Assembly (NCBI GenBank): GCA_963678315.1
Contig: OY782781.1
Location: 1-64,000 of the forward strand
DNA length: 64,000 bases
From: Candidatus Cloacimonadales bacterium
GTDB taxonomy: Bacteria > Cloacimonadota > Cloacimonadia > Cloacimonadales > JAFGVF01
Reading direction: 5' to 3'
In this document: in pieces, positions 28,097 to 38,704 of the stretch
Position numbering within the stretch: the first letter of the stretch is position 1
Layout of the letters: the number at the start of each line of letters is the position of its first letter
Notes under the pieces: generated by a model
Told to the model about the DNA's origin: nothing
Database searches by the model: none
The model's input: the letters and a program-made list of their open reading frames with translations, nothing else
Program-made: the position numbers and the translations under genes

Positions 28097-29551
28097 TTAT
28101 ATCGCTTTTAATAAAGCTTTAATGAAGTCGTATATTTTCGGGATATCAGAGATTAAGAGTTTCTCTTCTGGAGTATGAACATCTCTGAGAGTTGGTCCCA
28201 TTGAAATCATTTCCATATCAGGGTATTTACTTCCAATTAATCCACATTCAAGACCTGCGTGAATAACTTCAATTACAGCATCTTTTCCAGTTAGCTTTTT
28301 GTAAGTGTCCTTTGTTAGGCTTAATAATGAAGAATCCCAAATAGGTTCCCATGCATTATAAGGGTCTCTATTCTCAACTCTTGCATTAGCCAAATACCCT
28401 AAGAAGTGAATAGAATCTGTTAATTCTTTTAAAGCTGACATAGTAGAAGATCTTTGTGAAGAAATAATCTCTATTTCTTCGTCATGTGTTTTGATAATTG
28501 CAAAGTTGTTTGAAGTTTCAACAAGATTGTCAATATTCTTAGACATTCTTTTAACACCATGAGGGAATACAGCAACAACTTGGAACAACTTAGAAGCAGT
28601 TTCTGCTGTAAGAACCTTTCTATCTGTTTCTGTCTCTTCTATAGATATAACCATGTGAGGATCTGTAACTTCATATTCTTTCTTTATAGTTTCAGCTATC
28701 TCTGCAATAATCTCTTTTCCTTCTTCAATCTGGTCAGGATTTATAAAGATAGTTGCATTGGCATTCGCTGGTACTGCATTATGAGCAATACCACCATTGT
28801 ACTGTTGGATTTCAATATCTACAGCAGAATCTAATGCAAGAATGACTCTGTTAAGAACTTTTATAGCATTGGCTTGTTGGTTATTTATTGTAATTCCTGA
28901 GTGTCCACCCTGCATCAATGAAGCCTTTACCATCATTGGAACATAACCTTCACTTGCTGCTTGATATTCTGTTGGTAAGTAAAGTCTTGTCTCTTCCCCA
29001 CCTGCGCAACCAATAGTAAAGATACCTTCATCTTCAGAATCGATATTAAGAAGATATTTGCCCTTCAACCAGTTTGCTTTTAATGCAGCAGCACCTGTTA
29101 AGCCAGTTTCTTCATCAACAGTAAAGAGAAGCTCCATAGCACCATGTTTAACTTCTTTATCAAGTGCAAGATACATAGCAATAGCAAGAGCTATACCATT
29201 ATCTCCTCCAAGAGTTGTTCCTTTAGCCTTTAACCATTGGCCATCAACATACATTTCTATTGGATCTTTAAAGAAATCATGGACTGTGTCTGGTGTTTTT
29301 ACGCATACCATGTCCATATGTCCTTGAAGAGTAACCACAGGTTTTTCTTCCATGCCTGGACTTGCAGGAACCTTAATTAATACGTTCATCACTTCATCTT
29401 GTTCTGCTTCAAAACCATTACTCTTTCCCCAGTTCAAAAGCCACTCGGAAATAGCTTCTTCATGTTTAGACTTTCTAGGAATCTTGTTTATTGATTCAAA
29501 GATTTCTATTATTCCTTGTGTTACTGGGCAATCTGAATATTTCATGTACAC
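28097..29551 (-). CDS. pepD: Aminoacyl-histidine dipeptidase (M20C)
   Basis: LQGHMDMVC, TTLGGDNG, TVDEETGL, NIDSED, GGHSG, IHAGLECG, HTPEE. Confidence 0.92.
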   Translation of the reverse strand: MYMKYSDCPVTQGIIEIFESINKIPRKSKHEEAISEWLLNWGKSNGFEAEQDEVMNVLIKVPASPGMEEKPVVTLQGHMDMVCVKTPDTVHDFFKDPIEMYVDGQWLKAKGTTLGGDNGIALAIAMYLALDKEVKHGAMELLFTVDEETGLTGAAALKANWLKGKYLLNIDSEDEGIFTIGCAGGEETRLYLPTEYQAASEGYVPMMVKASLMQGGHSGITINNQQANAIKVLNRVILALDSAVDIEIQQYNGGIAHNAVPANANATIFINPDQIEEGKEIIAEIAETIKKEYEVTDPHMVISIEETETDRKVLTAETASKLFQVVAVFPHGVKRMSKNIDNLVETSNNFAIIKTHDEEIEIISSQRSSTMSALKELTDSIHFLGYLANARVENRDPYNAWEPIWDSSLLSLTKDTYKKLTGKDAVIEVIHAGLECGLIGSKYPDMEMISMGPTLRDVHTPEEKLLISDIPKIYDFIKALLKAI

Positions 29552-29617
29552 CTCTTATTTTATTATTAATATTTTATATACTAGAGTCATTATTGCTTTA
29601 ATTATGGCAAGTATTTT

Positions 29618-29965
29618 CTATTTTTCTCTTTCTTCTCTGAGTTTGTATAGTACTTGTAAAGGTTCATCAGAACCCATAAACTCTACCACCTTATCAATCT
29701 TATCGCAAGGTAATTCAGTGCAATAAGAACAATCTTCAAGTCCTCTAGATGAAGCACATATTCTTATCTGGCATTCTTTGCAATAATCAAAAATTATACC
29801 TTCTTTAGCCTTACAGCCTGCACAGTTAAAATCATTAGGATTCATCTTCTTTTCAGGAGTAGAATACTTTTGAGCCAGTTCTTCTCTAAGTTTCTGGTTA
29901 TTAGAATGATATGCAATATAGGAAGGACAAATAGAACAATCTATTCCACAATATCCTCTATGCAT
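29618..29965 (-). CDS. DUF3795-like cysteine-rich protein
   Basis: YCGIDCSICP...CAGCK...C..CQIRICA......CSYCTELPC. Confidence 0.75.
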   Translation of the reverse strand: MHRGYCGIDCSICPSYIAYHSNNQKLREELAQKYSTPEKKMNPNDFNCAGCKAKEGIIFDYCKECQIRICASSRGLEDCSYCTELPCDKIDKVVEFMGSDEPLQVLYKLREEREK

Positions 29966-30236
29966 CTCTATTCTCTTGGCTCTCGTGAATAGACTCTTTT
30001 AAGTTCAAATTTTCTTCTTTTAGTTTCAATACTTGCTTTTTTAATTCTTTTATTGATTTTCCTCGACCAAAGTTAACCCATATAATTGCAACTGAAGAAG
30101 CAATAATCAAGACTAAACCGACGATTAAGATAATCATTTCTAAAAATCCGTTAGTTTCTTTAACATAGATATTGTAGAGAGAGAGTCCACACAATCCAGA
30201 TAGAATTAAATTTATTACAGCAAAAAGATATAGCAT
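29958..30236 (-). CDS. Hypothetical membrane protein
   Basis: Two hydrophobic segments plus a coiled coil; AGGAG RBS; in operon. Confidence 0.6.
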   Translation of the reverse strand: MLYLFAVINLILSGLCGLSLYNIYVKETNGFLEMIILIVGLVLIIASSVAIIWVNFGRGKSIKELKKQVLKLKEENLNLKESIHESQENRDA

Positions 30237-30250
30237 AAATACTCCTTAAA

Positions 30251-31039
30251 TTATTTGTTAATTATATTATACTTTAAAACACTAAACTTGTCAAATGCAA
30301 TTCTCTTCAAAATATTTAAAATAAGAAAGATAGATGAGCTCATGGTAGAAAAGATAGCTATCATTATCGCTATTTGGTATTTTATAGCTGTTAGAGGAAT
30401 TGATCCTCCTAGGATTTGACCTGTCATCATTCCGGGTAAAGATACTAGACCTATCGTTGCAATTGATGCTAAGGTTGGTTTAACAGCTAGTATGAAAGAC
30501 TGTTTAATAATTGGTTCAAGAGCTTCTGATCTGCTAGCCCCTAAAGATATAGTAAAGAAATACTCATCCTTCTTAGCTTGAAAGTACTTGAGAAAGGTAT
30601 TAGAGGCAATAATATTAGCTCGCATTGTATTACCAAGAAGCATTCCTGATATTGGAATTAAGTATTTAGCATTAAATACATTATCAATTCTAACTATGAA
30701 CTTATTAAATATAAGAATATTCACGATTAGTGGAATCGCCAAAGAGAATAAAAGAGGAAGAATGATAATCTTTTTGTTGAGTTTATTAGAATTAGATATA
30801 CTAAATGCAGAGACCATAACCATGATAAATAACCATGCCATGTTAATCCACAGGTTATCCAATTCAAATATATATTTTAAATAAACACCAACTAAACCCA
30901 GCTGAATTGTCATTCTACTTACACTGATAAACATATCTTTTAGCAAGTTAATCTTCATATAAAGCATTATTGATATAGGAAGCAAGAGCAAAAGATAAGC
31001 CGATATCATTGAATAAATATTTAAATCTAAAGCACCCAT
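30251..31039 (-). CDS. fetB: UPF0014/FetB-type ABC permease
   Basis: RMTIQL, IPISGMLLGN, GLVSLPGMMTGQILGG, A.KYQI. Confidence 0.85.
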   Translation of the reverse strand: MGALDLNIYSMISAYLLLLLPISIMLYMKINLLKDMFISVSRMTIQLGLVGVYLKYIFELDNLWINMAWLFIMVMVSAFSISNSNKLNKKIIILPLLFSLAIPLIVNILIFNKFIVRIDNVFNAKYLIPISGMLLGNTMRANIIASNTFLKYFQAKKDEYFFTISLGASRSEALEPIIKQSFILAVKPTLASIATIGLVSLPGMMTGQILGGSIPLTAIKYQIAIMIAIFSTMSSSIFLILNILKRIAFDKFSVLKYNIINK

Positions 31040-31651
31040 TTACCACTCCAATTCTTTAATTCTTGAATCATTCCAACACTTATCATGTGAAACGACAATT
31101 ACTGTTTTATCCAGACTCAGAAAATACTCTTTAACAAGCTCTTTTAATTCTTGATTCAGTGCTGAGGTTAACTCATCCAATAAGAAAATTTTTCTTTTAA
31201 GCAATTGCATTAAAACAATACCAACACGTTGTCTTTCCCCACCAGATAAAGTTTCTGTATTACTTGTAAGTATCTTGTCAGAAAGCTGTAAATCATGGAA
31301 TAATTTTAAGATTTCGTATTGCTGGTATTTTATACCCTTATTAGATTTATAGTCCAGAACTGTTTGAATAAACTCATTTACTTGCATTTCTGGAAAGGTT
31401 ATTGATTGAGGGAGATAGGCTATATCTGATCTAATTTCATCAATATTAAGACTATCTACTTGCTTAGAATTAACAAACACCTTCCCTTGATTAGGTCTAG
31501 CAAAACCAACAATCATTTTCAATAATGTTGACTTACCTGCCCCCGAAGGAGCATTTAAGAGCACCTTCTCATTTCTCTTAATCCTTGTTGAGAAATCGTT
31601 AAATATTACTTTTTCATCATACTTGAGAAATATATTTTTAAATTCAATCAT
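31040..31651 (-). CDS. fetA: FetA-type ABC ATP-binding protein
   Basis: APSGAGKST, LSGGERQR, LLDELTSAL, VSHD; start taken at MIEFKN. Confidence 0.8.
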   Translation of the reverse strand: MIEFKNIFLKYDEKVIFNDFSTRIKRNEKVLLNAPSGAGKSTLLKMIVGFARPNQGKVFVNSKQVDSLNIDEIRSDIAYLPQSITFPEMQVNEFIQTVLDYKSNKGIKYQQYEILKLFHDLQLSDKILTSNTETLSGGERQRVGIVLMQLLKRKIFLLDELTSALNQELKELVKEYFLSLDKTVIVVSHDKCWNDSRIKELEW

Positions 31652-31767
31652 TTTTCCCCACTTACTATTCATTCCATTGATTGACCAATTTAATAAACAC
31701 TATAAAAACATGACAAGATTATTTTGATTAATGTTTGAGATAATCTAAAAAATGCTATAAAATTAGG

Positions 31768-31838
31768 TCTTGCTTATCTAAATATAAATAGTCTCCTGCA
31801 TAAAAGATCAAATTAATGCAGGAGACCCATAAGCAAGA
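31768..31838. repeat. Nested hairpin repeat, TGCAT..ATGCA family
   Basis: tcttgcttat...gtctcctgcat...atgcaggagac...ataagcaaga; related copies at 39501-39539 and 62143-62181. Confidence 0.65.
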
Positions 31839-31998
31839 TAAATGTTAGTTAAGTAATCTTGATTTATTACAAGAAGATTTTTTTACTGTTTCCGCTTTTT
31901 TTTTAATATAAGAAAAGGCTGACACAAGGTCAGCCTATTTATCAATATTCACTCAATAATTATCAATTGTTAATTATGAATTATACATTTATTAGATA

Positions 31999-34653
31999 CT
32001 ATTTCATCATTATCATTTTGTTGATAATACTATCTTTTTCATTAGTTACTTTATAGAAATAGATTCCACTAGAAACTTTTTCACCATTAGTATTATCGCC
32101 ATTCCAAACAACTTTATGCTTTCCTGCTTGTAAGTTTTCATTTACAAGAGTATTAACTTTTTGACCTTTGATATTAAAGACTTCAACTTTAACATTAGAC
32201 TTCTTACCAATATTAAATTCAATGGTAGTCTCTGGGTTAAATGGGTTAGGATAATTGCTAACTTCAGAAAGCTCAACAAGAGCAGCATCATCATTAGCAT
32301 TAGGAACATAAATACTATCGTTGATATAGATAGCATCAATTAGAATGTAGTTACCACCAGTTGAAACATTTTGAATTGCAACATTAGTAATAAAATCATT
32401 ACCTGCTTCTAAGTATATTTCTCCTTCATAGAGGTTCCATTCATCTGAAGAGTAAATAGTGTTGTTATTGATAGCCTCATAGTCTGATTCATCTTCAGGA
32501 TTTGAGGCATAAAGAACATTAAACATTTCTCCATCAGCAGAAGTTCCTTTATACCAGAAACTAACTGTCAAATATCCATCTGCACTAGGATAAATCTCAA
32601 AGTCAGGAGAGATAAGCATATCATTAGCAGCTGGGTGATTTGTATTAGTAACGATTGGGAAAGCAGCAACAACTTTACTACCTGACCAAGCTTCTAAGCC
32701 CAACACTGGAGGGAATATTTCTTCAATATCTAGACCGACAAAAGCTTGAGCTGAACCTTCTCCAGCATAGTCAAAGCCTTCTATATCTAATGTAGACTGA
32801 TTATCTAAATCAAGATTAGTCCAATCACCAATAACATTTGATTCATGTTGAACAGATTCAAATTCTTCTACAAAAGCATATTCCCATGTATCTATAAGAA
32901 TATCTAAACTTGTTGTATAGGTGTCGTTTCCACTATAGATATTAGCTTCTAAAGGACAATATCCGTAAAAAGAATCAGGGATAGTATAAGTAAATTCATA
33001 AAGTTCGGTGAAGAAAGTAGTTACAGGTCTACCATCTAATTTAATTTCTATAAAATCAGGAACAACAAAAGTGCTGAATAATTCAAAGTTTAGGTTCAAT
33101 TCATCACCTTGGTTGAAGTGCTGGTTATTGTAGATATTTTCAAATTCTACATAAGGAACATAAGCAGAATTATTGAAAAAGTCAAATGTAATCACATTGT
33201 TTGATTCAGTGATATTAGTTAAACCTTTACCAACTTCATGATCTTCCCATGGTGTTATAGCTGGATATGAAGTATCAGTAAAATCTGTATGTCCAGGTGA
33301 AGGATAAGGAGCATTACCTGTGTTTAAAGATCCGTTCGAAGCAACTATGTAAAGTCCTTGGTGGCTAGTAGTATTAATACTATTTGAGTAGAAGTTATCA
33401 TCAACCCAATCTCCGTCAACATGATAGATTAATAAGCCATGACCTGGAGTTTCAGAGGCAAAGCCAATATCTTGCACATTATCAAGAAGGAAGTATTCAT
33501 TCTCAGTAGCAGTAGTAAAATAATAAGCTACTGGATTTTCAATACTGTTTTCTAAAGTAAATTGACCATCGTATTCTAGCTCAACAGGTTCAACCCAACC
33601 AAAGAATATCTTTGAATACATATTATGGTGTGCTGGAACATCTCCACCACCATTATAAGCACCTGAACCCATAATATCCCATTCTCCAGTACCATCTTGA
33701 TTACCACCAGTTTGATAATCAGTATCATAGAAATCAGCTGTACCTAAGTTATGACCAAACTCATGGCAGATAACTCCAATACCAGCCATACTCCAATAAG
33801 CTTTTTCAGGTTGACAGGTATAATCTTTAATTTGAACACCATCGAGGTTTAGGGTAATTCCACCTGATACTAAACTGAAGTTATGAGACCAAATATCGCT
33901 TTCATCACTTGTAGATTCTTGTCCTCTACCTTGATGAATAACTGCAATACCATCTACATCGCCATCACCATCATTATCGAATTGGCTAAAGTCAACTTGG
34001 CTATCTGCTGCTTGGCAGGCATCTCTTACAAATTCAGCCCATCTGCTTTGAGGACCATAATAGTCATGATTATTAGCTACTTCAACCCAACCAACAACAG
34101 TAGTATTAACTGTAAGTTGACCATAAGAAGCTTCAAAATAGTAATCTTTAAATGAACCATGACCTGAATAGTTACTTTGGTTCATAAGATTATTGAAATT
34201 TGATTGTGAATAGGTAGTGTATGTATCATTAAAATTAGCAAGAATAAGAAGCATATCGTTTGTGCCTGTAGTTGGGAAACCACCCATTCTAGTATTTCTT
34301 ACTTGAGAAGCTAAGTTTGATTGCATTTCACTATAAAGTAATCCTTTAGGTATATTACTTAGGAATTCAACTTCATTTGCTCTTCTATCTTCTATTTCAT
34401 GTGCTATAACATCAGAAGGCACTAAATCACCATCTAGGTCTTTTATAGCATAAACTTTATTTCCATTCTTATTTAAAAGAGTGTAACCATCAAGAGATTC
34501 TGCCCAATGTAGTCTTTCATCTCCACGATTATAGATTTGAATTGTAGAACCATCTTCCTGTTGATAATCAATCAATCTTGGATCAGCTGGAATAGCTAGC
34601 ATCACTGTACAAAAAACTATTGCAATAATAGTTAAAACGCTGTGTTTTCTCAT
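31999..34653 (-). CDS. M6 (immune inhibitor A-like) metalloprotease with adhesin-like domain and FlgD-Ig/T9SS-like C-terminal domain
   Basis: Signal peptide, DFSQFDNDGDG, IWSH, ICHEFGHNLG, WDIMGSG, terminal NYPNPFNPETT...KMIMMK. Confidence 0.88.
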   Translation of the reverse strand: MRKHSVLTIIAIVFCTVMLAIPADPRLIDYQQEDGSTIQIYNRGDERLHWAESLDGYTLLNKNGNKVYAIKDLDGDLVPSDVIAHEIEDRRANEVEFLSNIPKGLLYSEMQSNLASQVRNTRMGGFPTTGTNDMLLILANFNDTYTTYSQSNFNNLMNQSNYSGHGSFKDYYFEASYGQLTVNTTVVGWVEVANNHDYYGPQSRWAEFVRDACQAADSQVDFSQFDNDGDGDVDGIAVIHQGRGQESTSDESDIWSHNFSLVSGGITLNLDGVQIKDYTCQPEKAYWSMAGIGVICHEFGHNLGTADFYDTDYQTGGNQDGTGEWDIMGSGAYNGGGDVPAHHNMYSKIFFGWVEPVELEYDGQFTLENSIENPVAYYFTTATENEYFLLDNVQDIGFASETPGHGLLIYHVDGDWVDDNFYSNSINTTSHQGLYIVASNGSLNTGNAPYPSPGHTDFTDTSYPAITPWEDHEVGKGLTNITESNNVITFDFFNNSAYVPYVEFENIYNNQHFNQGDELNLNFELFSTFVVPDFIEIKLDGRPVTTFFTELYEFTYTIPDSFYGYCPLEANIYSGNDTYTTSLDILIDTWEYAFVEEFESVQHESNVIGDWTNLDLDNQSTLDIEGFDYAGEGSAQAFVGLDIEEIFPPVLGLEAWSGSKVVAAFPIVTNTNHPAANDMLISPDFEIYPSADGYLTVSFWYKGTSADGEMFNVLYASNPEDESDYEAINNNTIYSSDEWNLYEGEIYLEAGNDFITNVAIQNVSTGGNYILIDAIYINDSIYVPNANDDAALVELSEVSNYPNPFNPETTIEFNIGKKSNVKVEVFNIKGQKVNTLVNENLQAGKHKVVWNGDNTNGEKVSSGIYFYKVTNEKDSIINKMIMMK

Positions 34654-34804
34654 ATATCCATCCTTTTTAAATTAACATCGTTATCTTTTAACAATTTTAT
34701 TTAATTCTCTGATATTGTCTATAAATTTTTGATTGTCAGTTTATTAATAATATAAATAATTGAATTCATCAAGATTCAGAATATAATTAATAAGGAGTTA
34801 ACCA

Positions 34805-35179
34805 ATGTTTGAAATTAAAGAGTATGGATTAGTAACAGCAGAAGAATTAATTGAAGTCTTTGAATCTGTAGGTTGGAACAAGGATCCTGATGATATAGTT
34901 GAAGCTTTTGATAATTCATATTATATTGTATGTTATTATGGAACAAAGCTAATCGGTTTTGCTAGAGCTATTTCAGATGATTATTATTACACAAGCATCT
35001 TTGATGTTGTTATTAGACCCGAGTTTCAAGGAAAAGGTCTAGGCCGTGAATTAGTTACTAGAATTGTTGAAAAATATCAAGGGACCTACTTCTTCTTGAC
35101 TCATACAGAAGGGCAACGTGGATTCTATGAAAAATGTGGCTTTAAGATTAATGAATGCGGAATGTGGATCCCTAAATAA
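34805..35179 (+). CDS. GNAT family acetyltransferase
   Basis: LIGFARA, DVVIRPEFQGKGLG, FYEKCGF. Confidence 0.9.
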   Translation: MFEIKEYGLVTAEELIEVFESVGWNKDPDDIVEAFDNSYYIVCYYGTKLIGFARAISDDYYYTSIFDVVIRPEFQGKGLGRELVTRIVEKYQGTYFFLTHTEGQRGFYEKCGFKINECGMWIPK

Positions 35180-35193
35180 GCAAAGGATTTGTA

Positions 35194-37125
35194 ATGTATA
35201 AAGAAGTAAAGAATGAATGGAATAAGTTAGTTGAGAAGAGACCATTTAGCAAAGAAATTGTTGGGACGACTACTTATGAGGGCTGGGAAAGATGCCTTAA
35301 AATGTCTTTAGACCCGTTAAAACTTAGGGTACATAGGCTAGCAAATTATGAGCTAAATAGATTGAAACAAGAGAATGCTAACTTACTTTCTATATCTTTA
35401 CCTTATATGCAGAGACTTTATGAACTTATTCGAGGGACTGGAAGTGTAGTTATTCTAACAAATGAAGAAGGAATTATACTATCTTCTTTTGGTGATGAAG
35501 ATTTCATGCAAGAAATAGATATTGCTCAACCAGGAACAAGCTGGAATGAAAAGCACCTTGGTAATAACGGGGTGGGAACTGCTCTTTATCTAAAGAAATC
35601 TCTACAAATCTATGGAAGTCAACATTTTTACAAAGCAAATCATATTTTCTCTTGTTCAGCTTCAATCATTAAAGATCATGAAGGAAAGATAATTGGTTGT
35701 TTTGATATTTCTTCAAAAAAAGAACACGTTCACAAGCACACCCTTGGAATGGTCGTTGCTGCTGCATTTTCTATAACTCAAATACTCATTGCTAATCATA
35801 CTTACCAGCAAAATCTACTCCATTATGAAAGACAAAAAGTCATCACTGAACTAATCAATCAAGGACTCTTTGCCATCGACCAAGAATACAGAATAACTAA
35901 TATTAATCAACAGGCTCTAAGAGAAATGTTGTTAAGCTATAAAGAATCAATTGGTAAAGATATCCGTAGCATTATTTCGGAAGGTATAGAATTTGATAAA
36001 CTTCCAAACATAAGAGACAACATCAATGATTTAGAAACAATCCTAAAGATTAAAAACAAAGTGCTTAGGTGTAACATTAACATTGGTGTTCTTAGAAGCA
36101 ATAATGCGTTTAAAGGAGCTGTTTTCACCTATAAGACTAAATCACGTATCAACAATGTAGTGAACAGAGTAACTGGTTCTCGAGCCTACTTTGACTTTGA
36201 TAAGATTATAGGACATTCAGAAACAATAATAAGCTGTATCGAACAAGCTAAATTAAGCTCTAAAACTCAATCAAACATATTATTGATTGGGGAAAGTGGC
36301 ACAGGTAAAGAAATGTTTGCTCAATCAATCCATAATCATTCTTCACGTAAAGAAGGACCTTTCATTGCCATTAATTGTGGAGCAATCCCAAGAGATTTGA
36401 TACAAAGTGAATTGTTTGGATATGAATCAGGAGCTTTTACAGGTTCCAAAAAGGAAGGTCATTCTGGTAAATTTGAGTTAGCCGATGGTGGAACAATTTT
36501 CTTAGATGAGATAGGAGATATGCCTCTTGATGCTCAAGTAAATTTACTTAGAGTTCTTGAAACAAAAGAAGTAACAAGAGTTGGAGGCAGCTATTCAAAG
36601 CTGATAGATGTCAAAGTTATTGCAGCTACAAATCAAAACTTAGAAGAACTAATTGAAGAAGGTTTATTTAGAAGTGACCTCTACTTTAGATTAAATGTTA
36701 TGACAATCAACATTCCACCCCTAAGAGAAAGAACCGATGACATCCCTGTTTTAGTAGATTATTTCATGGATAAATATAGTAAGCAACAAGATAAAGATTT
36801 TCTTAGCTATACTGATAATTTTATTGAACGTTTATCCCAACACCAATGGCTCGGTAATGTAAGAGAGCTAGAGAATATTATTGAAAGATCTGTTAATCTA
36901 TCTACAGGCAAATATTTAACCATTGATATCCTACCAAAGCAGTTTAGTCAGAATATCAGTAAAAAGCTAGAGTCTGAGCCAAAGATATTAGAACAATCAG
37001 AAAAAAGCATAATTGAACAGGCTTTAATTAGCAATAAATGGAATATTAGAAAGACAGCTCAAGACTTGAAGATAGCTCGTTCAACTCTATATCTTAAAAT
37101 CAAGAAGTATAAACTGTCCAAATAA
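35194..37125 (+). CDS. Sigma54-dependent activator, AcoR/DhaR type (GAF-PAS-AAA+-Fis HTH)
   Basis: GNNGVGTAL GAF motif, GESGTGKE, SELFGYESGAFTGS, FLDEIGD, WLGNVRELEN, IARSTLY. Confidence 0.92.
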   Translation: MYKEVKNEWNKLVEKRPFSKEIVGTTTYEGWERCLKMSLDPLKLRVHRLANYELNRLKQENANLLSISLPYMQRLYELIRGTGSVVILTNEEGIILSSFGDEDFMQEIDIAQPGTSWNEKHLGNNGVGTALYLKKSLQIYGSQHFYKANHIFSCSASIIKDHEGKIIGCFDISSKKEHVHKHTLGMVVAAAFSITQILIANHTYQQNLLHYERQKVITELINQGLFAIDQEYRITNINQQALREMLLSYKESIGKDIRSIISEGIEFDKLPNIRDNINDLETILKIKNKVLRCNINIGVLRSNNAFKGAVFTYKTKSRINNVVNRVTGSRAYFDFDKIIGHSETIISCIEQAKLSSKTQSNILLIGESGTGKEMFAQSIHNHSSRKEGPFIAINCGAIPRDLIQSELFGYESGAFTGSKKEGHSGKFELADGGTIFLDEIGDMPLDAQVNLLRVLETKEVTRVGGSYSKLIDVKVIAATNQNLEELIEEGLFRSDLYFRLNVMTINIPPLRERTDDIPVLVDYFMDKYSKQQDKDFLSYTDNFIERLSQHQWLGNVRELENIIERSVNLSTGKYLTIDILPKQFSQNISKKLESEPKILEQSEKSIIEQALISNKWNIRKTAQDLKIARSTLYLKIKKYKLSK

Positions 37126-37172
37126 TGTCTTTTTATCGGACATGTATTAGTATCTTGTATTACATTCGGACA
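37126..37172 (+). promoter_or_regulatory. Candidate paired enhancer (UAS) sites for the sigma54 activator
   Basis: TGTCTTTTTATCGGACA (37126-37142) and TGTATTACATTCGGACA (37156-37172): both TGT-N11-ACA, 30 bp apart. Confidence 0.55.
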
Positions 37173-37394
37173 CTTTTAATGTTTCTTACAAAAGCTCATT
37201 ATTCAATATAAATATATTTTTATTTATTTTCAACTCACATTAGAGATAATTTCTTAATGAGTACAACAACAGCCCATACCCTTTTATAAAAGGATTTTAA
37301 CTATCTATTAGCATATAGGATTTTTGTTTTGTTAATGCCTTAGGATTACTTTTTCAATATTATTTTATCTTTTTAATCTAGCTTTTGGCTCTTT

Positions 37395-37410
37395 TGGATT
37401 GTCTTGTGCA
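37395..37410 (+). promoter_or_regulatory. Candidate sigma54 -24/-12 promoter of the Fe-ADH gene
   Basis: TGG-attgtcttg-TGCA has exact GG-N10-GC spacing, about 43 bp upstream of the ATG; imperfect match to the TGGCAC consensus. Confidence 0.5.
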
Positions 37411-37452
37411 CTTAATAGAAATCAGACACAATGAAAATTAAAGGAGTTCAAA

Positions 37453-38601
37453 ATGAGTTACGGATATTTTATTCCAAGTGTAAACTTGATGGGACAAGGT
37501 AGTGTAAAGACTATAGCTGAAGAAGTAAAAGTTAGAAAAGGTTCAAAAGTTTTAGTTGTAACAGACAAACCTCTTGTTGAGTTTGGCATAGTAAAGCAAG
37601 TTACAGATATATTTGATAACAACAATCTTCCATACGTAATATATGATGAAGTTCAACCAAATCCAACATGCAAGAATGTACATGATGGAGTAGATATGTT
37701 ACAGAAGCACAATTGTGATTTCATTGTTGCGATCGGTGGTGGTTCACCAATGGATTGTGCTAAAGGAATTGGTATTGTTGCGGAAAACGGTGGTAACATT
37801 AGAGATTACGAAGGACTAGACCAATCAAAAAACCCTATGACTCCAATGATTGCAGTAAACACTACTGCTGGTACAGCTTCTGAAATGACAAGGTTCACAA
37901 TCATCACAGACGAAGATAGACATGTTAAAATGGCAATTGTTGATTGGCATGTTACTCCAGCTCTATCTGTTAATGATCCAGACTTAATGGTATCTATGCC
38001 TGCGTCTTTGACTGCTGCAACCGGTATGGATGCTTTAACACATGCTGTTGAAGCTTATGTTTCAACTGCTGCGACACCTGTTACTGATTCAGCTGCTATT
38101 TATGCAATATCACTAATTGGTAAGTACTTAGGAAAAGCAGTTGCTAACGGTGCTGACATTGAAGCAAGAGAGATGATGGCTTATGCTCAGTTCATGGCTG
38201 GTATGGCATTTAATAATGCAAGTTTAGGTTATGTTCATGCTATGGCTCACCAACTAGGTGGCGTGTATGATTTACCTCATGGTGTTTGCAATGCTATTCT
38301 TTTACCTCATGTTTGTGAATTCAACTTAATTGCTAAAACTGATAAATTCATTGAAATTGCTAAAGCTCTTGGTGAAGACGTTTCAGGCCTAGCTCCATTA
38401 GATGCAGGAAAACTAGCTATTTCAGCCATTAAGAAACTTTCTGAATCTGTAGGCATCCCAGCTGGTCTCAGATTATTAGATGTTAACACAGATGATTTCG
38501 GTCTATTAGCAGATAATGCTATGAAAGATGCATGTATGCTTACTAATCCAAGAACAGCAAGTAAAGAACAAGTAATCAATATATATAAGAATGCTTATTA
38601 A
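37453..38601 (+). CDS. Iron-containing alcohol dehydrogenase (DhaT/YiaY-like)
   Basis: GGGSPMDCAK, NTTAGTASE, TGMDALTHAVE, HAMAHQLGG, PHGVCNA, NPR. Confidence 0.93.
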   Translation: MSYGYFIPSVNLMGQGSVKTIAEEVKVRKGSKVLVVTDKPLVEFGIVKQVTDIFDNNNLPYVIYDEVQPNPTCKNVHDGVDMLQKHNCDFIVAIGGGSPMDCAKGIGIVAENGGNIRDYEGLDQSKNPMTPMIAVNTTAGTASEMTRFTIITDEDRHVKMAIVDWHVTPALSVNDPDLMVSMPASLTAATGMDALTHAVEAYVSTAATPVTDSAAIYAISLIGKYLGKAVANGADIEAREMMAYAQFMAGMAFNNASLGYVHAMAHQLGGVYDLPHGVCNAILLPHVCEFNLIAKTDKFIEIAKALGEDVSGLAPLDAGKLAISAIKKLSESVGIPAGLRLLDVNTDDFGLLADNAMKDACMLTNPRTASKEQVINIYKNAY

Positions 38602-38639
38602 TAGCTAAGAAACAATAAAACAATAAAACAACCATCAAA

Positions 38640-38672
38640 AAAGCTGAGATAATGGCAAGTTATCTCAGCTTT
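38640..38672. terminator. Bidirectional terminator
   Basis: aaagctgagataa-tggcaag-ttatctcagcttt. Confidence 0.75.
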
Positions 38673-38704
38673 GATTATTTTAATAGTATTTAGACTTATC
38701 TCTT

